Positions 18,212-28,340 of a stretch of 64,000 nt of DNA are shown piece by piece. The position numbers and the translations under genes were made by a program. The notes beneath the pieces are model-generated. The model was not told the DNA's origin and ran no database searches. It was given only the letters and a program-made list of their open reading frames with translations. Within the stretch, counting starts at the first letter, position 1. Every line of letters begins with the position of its first letter. The stretch is from Alkalispirochaeta sp. (GTDB lineage Bacteria > Spirochaetota > Spirochaetia > DSM-27196 > Alkalispirochaetaceae): assembly GCA_965601925.1 (NCBI GenBank), contig OZ271854.1, forward strand, positions 2,592,001-2,656,000, given 5' to 3'.

Positions 18212-20491
18212 GTGTTACGAAGAACAATACTAAGAAGCTTCATAGCAGTCGTCGTGTTCGCGCTTATCGGATGCCCGTCGCCGATGGCTCCCAACGATTC
18301 GGCGGTTCGCTCCTACGACAACGAAGCGCCGGCAGAGCCGGCGGTTTCCGAGAATTTCGTCGATTACTACAACACCGCTCCGCAGTGGTCCTGGAACTCG
18401 TCGGGTGACGGCGATAACGTCTTCCGCTATCGCCTGAACGGCGGTGAGTGGACGGTATTGGACGGCAATATCGAATCGACCACCTATGCACCCCCGGCGC
18501 TGGTCCCGGGACGCTACGTACTGGAAGTGCAAGAACGGGACAGCGCCGGCAACTGGTCGGACGCCGGTCGTTTCGAGACGCTCATTAAGGTGCGGGAGCC
18601 GGAGATCAGGTCCTATCTCAACCCCGGCGGCGCACAGCTACCGACGGTAGCGACGCCCGATATCATCACCGGACCGCCGAGCCCCCCGCAGGTGTTCAAT
18701 AGCCAGGACGGCACCCCCCATTTCGAATGGGATATTCCCGCCGGGCGCGTCCAGTACGGCGTGAACGACGAGGGCCGCACCGTAGAGTACGGCATAGTGC
18801 TCGAGCGTCGTAACGGAGATACGTTCGACACCGTAGAGGCCGTAGAACGTACCGCAAGCACCGGCTATTCGGTCGCGTCGCAGTTATCGGACGGCGAGTA
18901 TCGGTTCGGCGTGTCGACGTGGAGTACCGGGGGAGCGATCTCGGATCCGACGCAGGTTACGTTCATCGTAGATACCACCGCGCCCGGCGCACCGACCGTC
19001 GACGGCCCTTCGGTCGTATCCAACGCCGCCGCGGCTACCTCATTCACCATTACACCCAACTCAGGCGACACGGTGCAGGGTTACGACTGGCGCGTGCTTA
19101 CCGCGGGCGGCGAGGTCGCGACCGCGATCGGTGGCACGCCCCTCTCCGGCACCAACCAGCCCAGTCCGATCAATATTACCCTCTCGGCGGCGTCGTCCGG
19201 ACCCGGTAAAGGCAGCTACACCCTCGAGGTGCGGCAGCGCGACAGCGCCGGAAACGTGGGCGCCGCGGCGACCTTTGCGGTCACGGTCGAAACGATTCCT
19301 ACCATCGTCCTCGTCGGCGCGAACCCGACAAACAGCGTCACACCCCAGTTTCAAATAACGGGAAATGACGACGGCAACTTGCTGAACAATTTCCGTTGGG
19401 TCATCGACGGAGTGCCGACAGGGGCCACATTCTCGTCCCCCGGATCGATGACGGACACGTTCGTCGAAAATATTCCGTCGCAGCCCGACAGCGGCACCTA
19501 CACGATATCGGTAGCGGTACAGCAACAGCGTTCCGGCGGCGGGTTCTCCGATTCGTCGGCGGCCGTGGCGGTCACGATCGATAGAGACCCCCCCATCGCT
19601 CCTTCGATTTCCTCGCAGCCTGCATCGCCCAGCGACGGCCAGGACCTCACTATCCAGATGGCGACCGGCGAGACGGCGGGACAACTCTCATACAGCTTCA
19701 CGCTCGGAAGCGCCTCGTTGAGCGGAGTCACAACCTCGGGATCCTTGACGATCACCGGTTCTACTACCACGCTCGGGCCCTTTACGATCGACGGCGCCGC
19801 GTCTCCGTTCTCCACGATTTCGGTCGATTTTTCTACGACCGACTCCGTCGGAAACGTCGGGGCCAACACAGCGGTGTCGTTCAATGTCGATACCACGCCG
19901 CCGGCGGTGCCGACCGGTCTGGATAGCGCCGATCTCATCGGAAGCGTGCCGAATCAGGAGACGCAAGACACAACGCCCACCTTCACGTGGAACGCCGTTT
20001 CCGAGCCCAACGTGACCTACGAGTACAGTTTGGACGAAGGTGTCACCGCGTATGAGTCGACCGGTGCCTCGACGAGCGTCACCGTTCCGGCCCTCGCGTT
20101 TGGACGGTACGACTTCGTCGTGCGTGCCGTCGACGAGGTAGGGAACGCCTCGCCGCCTACTCCGCCGGTCACCTTCTACGTCGTGGAGCCGGCGACCGGC
20201 GTCATCTCCGTCACCAACCCGACCACTCCGACCTTCAATATTTCGGGGGGTGGAGCAACGCTCAGTCGCGCCGCCTCCGAGTCGTGGACCCTTTCGGTGA
20301 ACCCCGGCGCGGGCGTGACCATAAGCTCATACGAGTGGCGGATAAATGGCGATATGGTCGGTTCCGGAAGCACCCAAGGGGTCGCCGCTAATGACGCCGC
20401 GACGCAGTTGGGGGAGAACACCCTCACCTTGATCGTATGGATCGGCGGCGTTCCATACTCCGACAGTTTCTTTTTCACGGTGGTGAATTGA
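18212..20491 (+). CDS. Large surface lipoprotein with tandem Ig-like/FN3 repeats; start uncertain
   Basis: Lipobox ALIG|C; repeated D(T/R)(T/D)(A/P)P..P and (R/T/V)D(S/E)(A/V)GN motifs; S/T/G rich. Confidence 0.75.
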   Translation: MLRRTILRSFIAVVVFALIGCPSPMAPNDSAVRSYDNEAPAEPAVSENFVDYYNTAPQWSWNSSGDGDNVFRYRLNGGEWTVLDGNIESTTYAPPALVPGRYVLEVQERDSAGNWSDAGRFETLIKVREPEIRSYLNPGGAQLPTVATPDIITGPPSPPQVFNSQDGTPHFEWDIPAGRVQYGVNDEGRTVEYGIVLERRNGDTFDTVEAVERTASTGYSVASQLSDGEYRFGVSTWSTGGAISDPTQVTFIVDTTAPGAPTVDGPSVVSNAAAATSFTITPNSGDTVQGYDWRVLTAGGEVATAIGGTPLSGTNQPSPINITLSAASSGPGKGSYTLEVRQRDSAGNVGAAATFAVTVETIPTIVLVGANPTNSVTPQFQITGNDDGNLLNNFRWVIDGVPTGATFSSPGSMTDTFVENIPSQPDSGTYTISVAVQQQRSGGGFSDSSAAVAVTIDRDPPIAPSISSQPASPSDGQDLTIQMATGETAGQLSYSFTLGSASLSGVTTSGSLTITGSTTTLGPFTIDGAASPFSTISVDFSTTDSVGNVGANTAVSFNVDTTPPAVPTGLDSADLIGSVPNQETQDTTPTFTWNAVSEPNVTYEYSLDEGVTAYESTGASTSVTVPALAFGRYDFVVRAVDEVGNASPPTPPVTFYVVEPATGVISVTNPTTPTFNISGGGATLSRAASESWTLSVNPGAGVTISSYEWRINGDMVGSGSTQGVAANDAATQLGENTLTLIVWIGGVPYSDSFFFTVVN

Positions 20492-23400
20492 TGGTACGGA
20501 ACGAGAGAAAACGGACGATTCGCCTCGCGATACTGGTTGGAGCGATTGCGGTTCTGGCGGCGTGTATCAACCCCTTTTCGAGCAGTTCGTCGGGGGACGG
20601 TGGCGGTGAGGCGGCCGCGGGGAACGGCGGCACGCAGCTCGGTTCGCTGGTCATCAATCCCGGCGGCGGGGTCGGAGCGTCGACGGTCGCGCCCGACTTG
20701 GATCTTATCAGCCAAATCTCTACGTACAACGTCACCCTTACCAACGAGTCGCCCGGCGGTGTTGCTCCGATCACCGTCAACGGGTATGTCGTGGGCGATC
20801 CGATCAACGGTATCTTTCCCGGAACATGGGAGCTATCCGTTGCGGGGTTGAACGGGAGCGGCCAAACGATCGCAACCGGAGTTCCGACGAGCGGTAACCC
20901 GATTACCGTCACCGCCGGCGGAACGGCGAACGTAGCGGTGGAGCTTGCCCCGGCGCAGTCGGCCACCGGCGAGTTGGCCGTAACGTTGAGCTGGGGTGCG
21001 GCCTTTGCGCCCGGTATCGATGTCGACCAAGTGTCGGTCACTCTGTATTCGTATACAAACACGGTGGGCGAGACGCTTACCGCTACCGCCTCCAGCACCC
21101 AGTCGTTTACCAACTCGTTGGTGACCACCACCGGGACCGTCGATGTAAACTTCAGTGCACGGACGGTTACCGTCGGCGACACGTCTCTGAACAGCGGGTT
21201 TTACCTCCTGACCATGCAACTCTACGAAGGCACCGGAGCCGGCGCGGTAGAGTACGCTCCGGTGATCGAGGCGGTGCAGATCTACGACTATCTCCAGAGT
21301 ATCAAGTCGATTAACCTTGAGTTGGGGGATTTGACCAACGCGCCCGATGCACCGACGGGACTCGCCGCGACACTTACCGGCGACAATCAGTTTTCACTTT
21401 CGTGGACCGACTCCTCCAACACCGAAGAGGGATTCAACATCTATCTCGGGACGGTCGGGGGAGCACCGGCGGCGACGGTACCGGCCGGTACCGAGTCGGC
21501 ATCGAGCGCCTTGCTCAATTACCTCGGCGACGCCGGCAACGCGCTTACCTACTATGTGACGGCGTACAACCAATACGGCGAGTCGGCGGCGACGAGCAGA
21601 ACGTTTACGGCGATCGGCGGCGGCGGTCCGTACTTCGATACCGGTGTGCACTCCAACTCCGCGGACTGGGCGGCGCCCGGCGACCCGGGCGATCTGGTGT
21701 GGGGCGCCTTCCCGGGCGCGGAGAGTTACGTGGTGCACGTCAGCCAGTCGGCGGCGGACGTGGTTAATCTGAATGCGCCGGTGTCCGGGGCGTTAACGGG
21801 GACGTCCTTCGACCTCGCGGCCGCGGGCCCCTACGGTCCGGGAACGTATTATTGGCTTGTCGAGGCGCGCAACGACAGCACGCAAGGGTCGTTCGCCGAG
21901 CCCATGGAGAGTTTCACGATCCGCAACCGCCTGTACGTCGAGACGAGTGGGGCCAACGGCGCGCCGGGGAGTAACACCCTTCCGCTATCGAGGATTACTG
22001 AGGCGGTAAGCATAGCGGAGTCGGGCGAGACGATCCTCGTCAGTCCCGGGACGTACGACGGACAGCTTACCATCGACAAGACCCTGACGATCGAGGGGTC
22101 GACCGGGAGTCCGCCGATAATCCAGCACACCCTGGGAAGTGGTCTCCTCGCCGAAACGATCGTCCAGACCGCCGGTGACCTCGAACTCAGGGATCTCGAG
22201 GTGAGGGGCCCCGAGTTCTCCCCCCTCGAGCCGAGTAATCAGATCGGCATCGCGGTAGGCGGTACCGCACAATCGATCGCACTCGACAATGTGGACATAT
22301 TCAACACCCAAGGTGATAACGCGTACGGTGTGATCGTGGAAACCGACGCCGCCGTTACCATGCAGAGCGGTTCCATCACCGCGTTTCCTCACGCCTTGCC
22401 GGGTGACGAGGCGTTCGGTATCTACGTTGTTGCAGGCCATACGAGAAACAGCAGCATCGTGGTCAACGGTGTCAATTTTGTTATGCACGATAGCGATTAC
22501 AGGCGGCGGGCGATAGCGGTCGACGCTACGCCGGGGGCGGGTGAGCTTAGCGTCGCCGAGTTCTCCGTGTTTGACCTGGGAATCGCGGATCACAACCTCG
22601 ATCGGAGTTACGCGATCCGTTCCACCATCCCGACGACGGTTCAAGATACGATCATCCGTATGGGGGCGAGCAACGCATTCCTCTCGGCGATCGAGGTTCC
22701 GGGAGGCAGCGCGGTCCGGAACAGCCGCATCGAGATCACCGACGTGGCCGGCGTCGGGGACGAGAGCCACGTCGTGCGGATACCCCCGAGCGGCGCCGGT
22801 ATAGCCGGTATCTACAACAACGTCATGGCGGTGCGTCCCACCGGCGGCGGCAGCTTCGATTTCGTCCAGACCGACCGCCATACGGAGGTAGTACACAATA
22901 CGATGGTCGCCTACGAGGCGAACTCGGATTGGAAGGGCGTCGAGAGAATCGGGGGCGATATCATTGTCATGCGGAATAACATCGTGCAGAGTTTCTCGCC
23001 GAGCTTCGGCCAGGGATTTTTTGCCCCCGTGGCGGGCGGTATGGAGGTGCGCGGAAACGTCTTCTATCGCAACAAGAGCTTTTACTACGGCGGTGCGGTG
23101 TACTCCAACGTGCATGTGTTCAATGTCGGAACACCGAGTTCCATTGACCTGAACGTCGAGACGACGCCGATGCTCGCCTCCGGCGGCAATGTGTTGGGCA
23201 ACCCCTTCGAGTGGCTCCGCACAACGCCCCTTGCCGGGTACAACGTCGTCGCCACCGGCAGCCAGTGGGCTGCGGCGCCGGGAGATATCGACGGCGATCT
23301 GCGCTCGGCACCCACGACCGTCGGAGCCTATGAACTCACCGAGAGCGCGGGCGTGGTCGGTTTGGTTGGCGAGTGGTTGTCCGTCCAACCCACCCCCAGC

Positions 23401-24057
23401 TACGACAGTAGCGGCACGCCCGGAATCGCAGCGAACGGTCTCGGATTGTATCACTCACCGGGTATCAACGTTGTCCCCGGTCGGTACGGAAACGCGGGGG
23501 CTTTGACCGTGAATCGTGTGGTCCTCCAGAACGCCGGAAGCAGTCCCACCGCCACCACCTATCCGGAGCTCGCCACCGCCTCCAACGGCTTCTCGTTTAG
23601 TCTGTGGTTCATGGCACCGGACGCCGTCGCCCTTGCGAATGGGGGAGTTATGTACGAACATAGCGGACCGAATATGCATCTCAGTTTCGTCATGACCGGT
23701 AACGGCGCGTTCACACTCTTTCTCGACGACGGCGTCAACGGATTTGCCAGCGCGGCCTTCAGTACCTCGGCCTTGTTGTCGGCGGGACGGTGGTACCAAC
23801 TCTTTCTCGTCGGCGACGGTGCGGCGGATAGATGGAGTCTGTACATCAGCGAGGAGGGCGACCCGTTCTACGAAGAGTTGTTCCAAGTCGGTATCGCGAA
23901 CTTCGACTTCCCCACCTTTCTCGGAAGTTTGGCGGACACCCAAAACATTATCCGTTGGGGCGGAGCCGGTAGCGCCCTGCGTGTCGACGATATGCGCTAT
24001 TTCAACGTGCCGCTGACCACCGGTGAGATCGATGCGATGATTGAGCACGAGTATTGA
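20491..24057 (+). CDS. Large surface lipoprotein: FN3, parallel beta-helix (pectin-lyase-like) and C-terminal LamG-like domain
   Basis: Lipobox VLAA|C; PTGLAA..LSWTDSSNTEEGFNIY (FN3); LYV..SG...G....P...I..A...A..G.TI.V.PGTY; DIDGDLR..GAYE; FSFSLWF..W...VDDMRYFN..LT..EI. Confidence 0.8.
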   Translation: MVRNERKRTIRLAILVGAIAVLAACINPFSSSSSGDGGGEAAAGNGGTQLGSLVINPGGGVGASTVAPDLDLISQISTYNVTLTNESPGGVAPITVNGYVVGDPINGIFPGTWELSVAGLNGSGQTIATGVPTSGNPITVTAGGTANVAVELAPAQSATGELAVTLSWGAAFAPGIDVDQVSVTLYSYTNTVGETLTATASSTQSFTNSLVTTTGTVDVNFSARTVTVGDTSLNSGFYLLTMQLYEGTGAGAVEYAPVIEAVQIYDYLQSIKSINLELGDLTNAPDAPTGLAATLTGDNQFSLSWTDSSNTEEGFNIYLGTVGGAPAATVPAGTESASSALLNYLGDAGNALTYYVTAYNQYGESAATSRTFTAIGGGGPYFDTGVHSNSADWAAPGDPGDLVWGAFPGAESYVVHVSQSAADVVNLNAPVSGALTGTSFDLAAAGPYGPGTYYWLVEARNDSTQGSFAEPMESFTIRNRLYVETSGANGAPGSNTLPLSRITEAVSIAESGETILVSPGTYDGQLTIDKTLTIEGSTGSPPIIQHTLGSGLLAETIVQTAGDLELRDLEVRGPEFSPLEPSNQIGIAVGGTAQSIALDNVDIFNTQGDNAYGVIVETDAAVTMQSGSITAFPHALPGDEAFGIYVVAGHTRNSSIVVNGVNFVMHDSDYRRRAIAVDATPGAGELSVAEFSVFDLGIADHNLDRSYAIRSTIPTTVQDTIIRMGASNAFLSAIEVPGGSAVRNSRIEITDVAGVGDESHVVRIPPSGAGIAGIYNNVMAVRPTGGGSFDFVQTDRHTEVVHNTMVAYEANSDWKGVERIGGDIIVMRNNIVQSFSPSFGQGFFAPVAGGMEVRGNVFYRNKSFYYGGAVYSNVHVFNVGTPSSIDLNVETTPMLASGGNVLGNPFEWLRTTPLAGYNVVATGSQWAAAPGDIDGDLRSAPTTVGAYELTESAGVVGLVGEWLSVQPTPSYDSSGTPGIAANGLGLYHSPGINVVPGRYGNAGALTVNRVVLQNAGSSPTATTYPELATASNGFSFSLWFMAPDAVALANGGVMYEHSGPNMHLSFVMTGNGAFTLFLDDGVNGFASAAFSTSALLSAGRWYQLFLVGDGAADRWSLYISEEGDPFYEELFQVGIANFDFPTFLGSLADTQNIIRWGGAGSALRVDDMRYFNVPLTTGEIDAMIEHEY

Positions 24058-24218
24058 GACCGCAATGAGCCGCCGAGCCGCGGACCGCGAAGGTAGGGCT
24101 CGGCGGTTCGGGTTCCGGCACGGTCACCGTTTTCGCTCGCCCCCGGTAGCCGACGCGCCGGTGAACAAACGGTGTGGCGGAGGAGACGCTCCGCAGCCGC
24201 CGTCGCTATCTTTGTTCT

Positions 24219-25238
24219 ATGAAATATCGACTACTCGGACGCACCGGTTTGTACGTGAGCGAGCTGTGCCTCGGCACCATGACCTTCGGCGGCAAGGGAT
24301 ACTGGGAGGTAATCGGCACCCAAGGGCAGGAGACCGCCGATCGGCTCGTATCGCGGGCGATCGAAGGCGGCATCAACTTCATCGACACCGCCGATACCTA
24401 CTCCGGCGGCGAGTCGGAGACGATTCTCGGCCGCGCCCTCAAGCACCACCAACGCGAGCATCTGGTCATCGCCACCAAGGTTCGCTCGCGCATGGGGGAT
24501 GAGCCGACCAACGTCGGGCTTACGCGCCACCACATCATGAACTCGGTGGAAAACAGCTTGCGACGCCTGGATACCGACTACATCGACCTGTATCAGATTC
24601 ACGGCTACGATCCGGTCACGCCGTTGGCGGAGACGCTTCGCGCCCTGGACGATCTCGTGCGACAAGGCAAAGTACGGTACATCGGCGCCTCCAACCTCGC
24701 CGCGTGGCAGCTGGTCAAAGCGCTCGGTATCAGCGAACGGTTGTCGCTCGCGCGATTCGAATCGATCCAGAGCTACTACACGATCGCCGGGCGCGATCTG
24801 GAGCGCGACGTGATACCCGCGGTGACCGACGCCCAGGTAGGTATTATGGTGTGGAGCCCCCTCGCGGGAGGACTCTTGAGCGGCAAGTTCCGCCGCGGCG
24901 AGGAGGACCCGGAAGGAGCACGTCGTACCACCTTCGACTTTCCGCCGGTCGATCGGGAGCGCGTCTATGACATTTTGGACGTCATGGCGCCGATTGCGAA
25001 GTCCCACGACGTGTCGCCGGCACGAATCGCCCTGGCGTGGCTTCTCCACCAGAGCGCGGTGACCGCGATCGTCATCGGCGCCAAGACGATCGACCATTTG
25101 GAGGACAACCTCGCGGCGACCGACGTAACGCTCACTGCGGACGAGTTGGCCGCGTTGGACGAGGTGAGTGCCCTCGCGCCCGAGTATCCCCACTGGATGA
25201 TCCGGTACCAAGGGGAGAATCGCGCTCCGAAGCAATGA
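24219..25238 (+). CDS. Aldo/keto reductase
   Basis: LCLGTMTFG, DTADTY, IATK, DYIDLYQIH, GKVRYIGASN, WSPLAGG. Confidence 0.95.
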   Translation: MKYRLLGRTGLYVSELCLGTMTFGGKGYWEVIGTQGQETADRLVSRAIEGGINFIDTADTYSGGESETILGRALKHHQREHLVIATKVRSRMGDEPTNVGLTRHHIMNSVENSLRRLDTDYIDLYQIHGYDPVTPLAETLRALDDLVRQGKVRYIGASNLAAWQLVKALGISERLSLARFESIQSYYTIAGRDLERDVIPAVTDAQVGIMVWSPLAGGLLSGKFRRGEEDPEGARRTTFDFPPVDRERVYDILDVMAPIAKSHDVSPARIALAWLLHQSAVTAIVIGAKTIDHLEDNLAATDVTLTADELAALDEVSALAPEYPHWMIRYQGENRAPKQ

Positions 25239-25320
25239 CCGGCGCCGTCTTCCGCGCCGATAGACGCTCGAGTACCGCGCGTCTATCGGCGGGAGGCGGG
25301 CTCACCCCTTTCCGGCGGTG

Positions 25321-25968
25321 TTACACCTCTTCGGGATCGAGGACGGTAAACTGAACGTCGGCGAATAGCTCCTCGAGCTCCTCGGGGCCGATCGGTGCGG
25401 CGACGAGCGTATCGTGAGTGGCGTCGGCGAACGTCCCCCCGGAGACGACGACGCTGGATGCATCGCTCTGCCGGGTATAATTCACCTCACCCTCGCGGAC
25501 GCAGATCCAGTCGGTTTGGCCGGGGATGACCCGCTGCACGAAATCCGTACCCCGCACTCCCGCCACCGCCAGAGGTGTGCGGACGAAGAAGCGGTCGGAT
25601 CTCACCGACGAGACGACGGTGCGAACTTTACCGGTGTCGAGCCGAAAGCGGTGCTCGACGTGGTCGTCCGCCTCCTGCATGGACTCGACGGTGAATGTCG
25701 TATCTTCGGCGATGCGCACGATACTTCCCGACGGCTCCAACAGCAACTCGACACCGGTGTTGCCGGTGCGGATCGTCGCGTCCGGCGGCACCAGCACCCC
25801 TATGTCCGGCTCCGGTAGATCGTCGACTCTCCCCACGAGATAGAGAAGCTCCACCTCCGTCACATCGTCGGCGTACACGATCGTCGCGGTCTGCCCGAAG
25901 GCGACATTCGGGACGACGGTACACAACACGGCGGTGACAACCACGGCCGTCAACGTAGTTTTTCTCAT
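25321..25968 (-). CDS. Exported FecR-domain protein
   Basis: Signal peptide, IRTG, GSIVRIAEDT, VRTPLAVAGVRGTDF, V.EGEV. Confidence 0.85.
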   Translation of the reverse strand: MRKTTLTAVVVTAVLCTVVPNVAFGQTATIVYADDVTEVELLYLVGRVDDLPEPDIGVLVPPDATIRTGNTGVELLLEPSGSIVRIAEDTTFTVESMQEADDHVEHRFRLDTGKVRTVVSSVRSDRFFVRTPLAVAGVRGTDFVQRVIPGQTDWICVREGEVNYTRQSDASSVVVSGGTFADATHDTLVAAPIGPEELEELFADVQFTVLDPEEV

Positions 25969-26142
25969 GACACATATCCCCCCTATCGGTATCGGCCGGA
26001 GCGACGCGAAGCGGCGCATCGCAGCCGTGTCTACTATACCGCAGAGTCGATCTTTTATCCGCCGGACCGCACGGTATCGGGAGACGACGGTGTGAGGCAT
26101 TGTTTATTTGCCCGCCGACGGCGAAGGCGTTATTTTGCGTCC

Positions 26143-26877
26143 ATGATTTCCGGTGAAACGAAACGGATTACCGCCGCGCCTGCGGTCGGTGGCAACGGTT
26201 CCGAGAGACGGCGACTCTTCGGCCCCGCGATGATTACGGCGCTCAGTCTTGTGCTCCTCCTCGCCTCGGCGGGCGTGTCGGCAGAGGAGTCCGAAGAGTG
26301 GCTTCTGCGACGCGACGAGGACGGAATCCGCGTCTACGTGCGGTCGGTTCCCGACACGCGCTTTCGCGCCTATCGTGCCGAGATGACCGTCACCACGCGT
26401 ATGCAAACGCTGGCGGCGATCCTCACCGACATAGATGCCGCGAGAGAGTGGATCCATTTTACCGCCGAAGCGGAGCTCGTCCAAGCGATCGACCCCACGA
26501 CGGTCGTCGTACGCTTCTACAGCGATCTGCCGTGGCCGGCCGCGGACCGCGATTCGGTCACGCTCAATCGCGTATCGCAAGACCCCGAGACGCGGGCGGT
26601 GCGTTTCACCATCGATTCGCGCCCCGACGACGCGCCGCAGTCCGAGGATTACATACGAATCCGGGTCATGAACGGATATTGGGAGCTGACCCCCAACGGA
26701 GACGGTTCGATCCACATCGTCTATTCGCTGAGTAGCGACCCCGGCGGGTCGGTTCCGGCGTGGTTGGTCAACGCCAGCATCGTCGAGCAGCCCTACCGTA
26801 CCCTACGCAATCTGCGCCGGATGATAGCCGATCCGCGCTACCGCGATGCAACCTTCCCGGGCATTGTAGAGCCGTAG
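26143..26877 (+). CDS. START-domain (lipid-binding) exported protein
   Basis: W.L...EDGIRVY, LPWP..DRD.V, DPGGSVPAWLVN. Confidence 0.9.
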   Translation: MISGETKRITAAPAVGGNGSERRRLFGPAMITALSLVLLLASAGVSAEESEEWLLRRDEDGIRVYVRSVPDTRFRAYRAEMTVTTRMQTLAAILTDIDAAREWIHFTAEAELVQAIDPTTVVVRFYSDLPWPAADRDSVTLNRVSQDPETRAVRFTIDSRPDDAPQSEDYIRIRVMNGYWELTPNGDGSIHIVYSLSSDPGGSVPAWLVNASIVEQPYRTLRNLRRMIADPRYRDATFPGIVEP

Positions 26878-26892
26878 CGAACGCGCGCGCTA

Positions 26893-28254
26893 CTACGAGG
26901 CGGGCGCGTCGCGACGTTCCTCCTGCAGGAGTCCGGCCAGTAGAAACGCCGTTTCCATGCTCTGCGTGTAGTTGAGCCGGGGGTCGCACCAACTCTCGTA
27001 GTTTCGGTGCAAGTCGTCGTCGTCGAGCTGCACCGCGCCCCCCGTGCACTCGGTCACCTCGTCGCCGGTAAGTTCGAAGTGGACTCCGCCGACCCGCGAA
27101 CCTTCGGCGCGATGAACGGCAAACGTGCTCCGCAGCTCGGAGAGAATTGCGTCGAACCGCCGCGTCTTCCGACCCGTCGCCGTCGCTACGGTGTTGCCGT
27201 GCATGGGGTCGACCGACCACACCACCGGATGGCCCGCTTTCCGCACCGTCCGAATGAACGGTGGGAGCGCATCCTCCACCCGATCCCGCCCGAGCCGCGT
27301 AATGAGTGTGATGCGTCCCTCCTCGCGATGCGGGTCGAGCGCATCGAGGAGCGATATAAGCTCTTCCGGCGTTCTCTCCGGCGGCACTTTGATGCCGATC
27401 GGGTTGGCGATGCCCCGCAGGTACGCGACGTGCGCCCCGTCGAGCTGGCTCGTGCGCGCTCCCAACCACACGGTATGGGCACTCACATTGTATTGCAGCG
27501 CAGAGCCCGGCTCAGTGCGGGTAAAGGCGTCCTCCCACGGCAGGTGGAGCGCCTCATGGGACGTGTAAAAGCTGACATTTCCGAGCCGTTCCTCATTGAC
27601 GCCGCCGAAACTCTCCATGAAGTGGATCGCGTCGAGAATGCGATCCACCACATCGCGGTATTCGCCCCACTCCCGCGCGCCTCCCATAGAGGCGAGGCGC
27701 CACGCCCCGGGGTGGTGAAGGTCGGCGAATCCGCCGGCGATCATAGCGCGAATGTAGTTGAGCGTGCTCGCGGCATGGAAGTATCCCTCCACGAGGCGCT
27801 CGGGGTCGGGATCGCGGCCGCGGCCGGTCGACGCCCGAGAGGGGCGAAACTCATGCACCGGATCGCCGCGGTAGGTCAGCACCTCCGCCCCGTCGAGCAT
27901 CTCCGTCGCCGTCGAACGCGGCTTGAAGTACTGGCCGGCCATGCGTCCGACGCGCAACACCGGCGTACGCGCGCCCCACGTGAGGACGACGCTCATTTGG
28001 AGGAGAATTTTCAATCGATCGGCGATTCGCCCGGGACGGCAGTCGGCAAATCGTTCGACGCAGTCGCCGCCGTGGAGTACGAACATCTCGCCTCGGGCCG
28101 CCTTTGCAAGGGAGCGTCGCAGCTCGTCGATCTCGCCGGGAAAGACGAGAGGCGGGTACTCTCTGAGGCGCGCCAAGACCGACCGCAATTCGGCGGTGTC
28201 TCGGTAGGGAATCGAATGCGCGGCGGGGCGGTCGGCCCAACTGGTACGATGCAT
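26893..28254 (-). CDS. Class II DAHP synthase (3-deoxy-7-phosphoheptulonate synthase)
   Basis: GGDCVE, GRMAGQYFKPRS, YTSHEAL, WLGART, DPMHGNT, CDPRLN. Confidence 0.95.
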   Translation of the reverse strand: MHRTSWADRPAAHSIPYRDTAELRSVLARLREYPPLVFPGEIDELRRSLAKAARGEMFVLHGGDCVERFADCRPGRIADRLKILLQMSVVLTWGARTPVLRVGRMAGQYFKPRSTATEMLDGAEVLTYRGDPVHEFRPSRASTGRGRDPDPERLVEGYFHAASTLNYIRAMIAGGFADLHHPGAWRLASMGGAREWGEYRDVVDRILDAIHFMESFGGVNEERLGNVSFYTSHEALHLPWEDAFTRTEPGSALQYNVSAHTVWLGARTSQLDGAHVAYLRGIANPIGIKVPPERTPEELISLLDALDPHREEGRITLITRLGRDRVEDALPPFIRTVRKAGHPVVWSVDPMHGNTVATATGRKTRRFDAILSELRSTFAVHRAEGSRVGGVHFELTGDEVTECTGGAVQLDDDDLHRNYESWCDPRLNYTQSMETAFLLAGLLQEERRDAPAS

Positions 28255-28340
28255 GGCGATGAGTCTACAACGCGGGCCCTATCCCTGCGAAGCGACCACG
28301 GCCCTTGTCGGCACGCTCTCATGCTCTTAGTTTTATATAC

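Noticed and set aside
24067..24109. GC-rich hairpin after the large lipoprotein gene as an ncRNA or riboswitch
   Set aside because: No match to motifs I recognise (SRP, common riboswitches); more simply a terminator-like stem without a U tract
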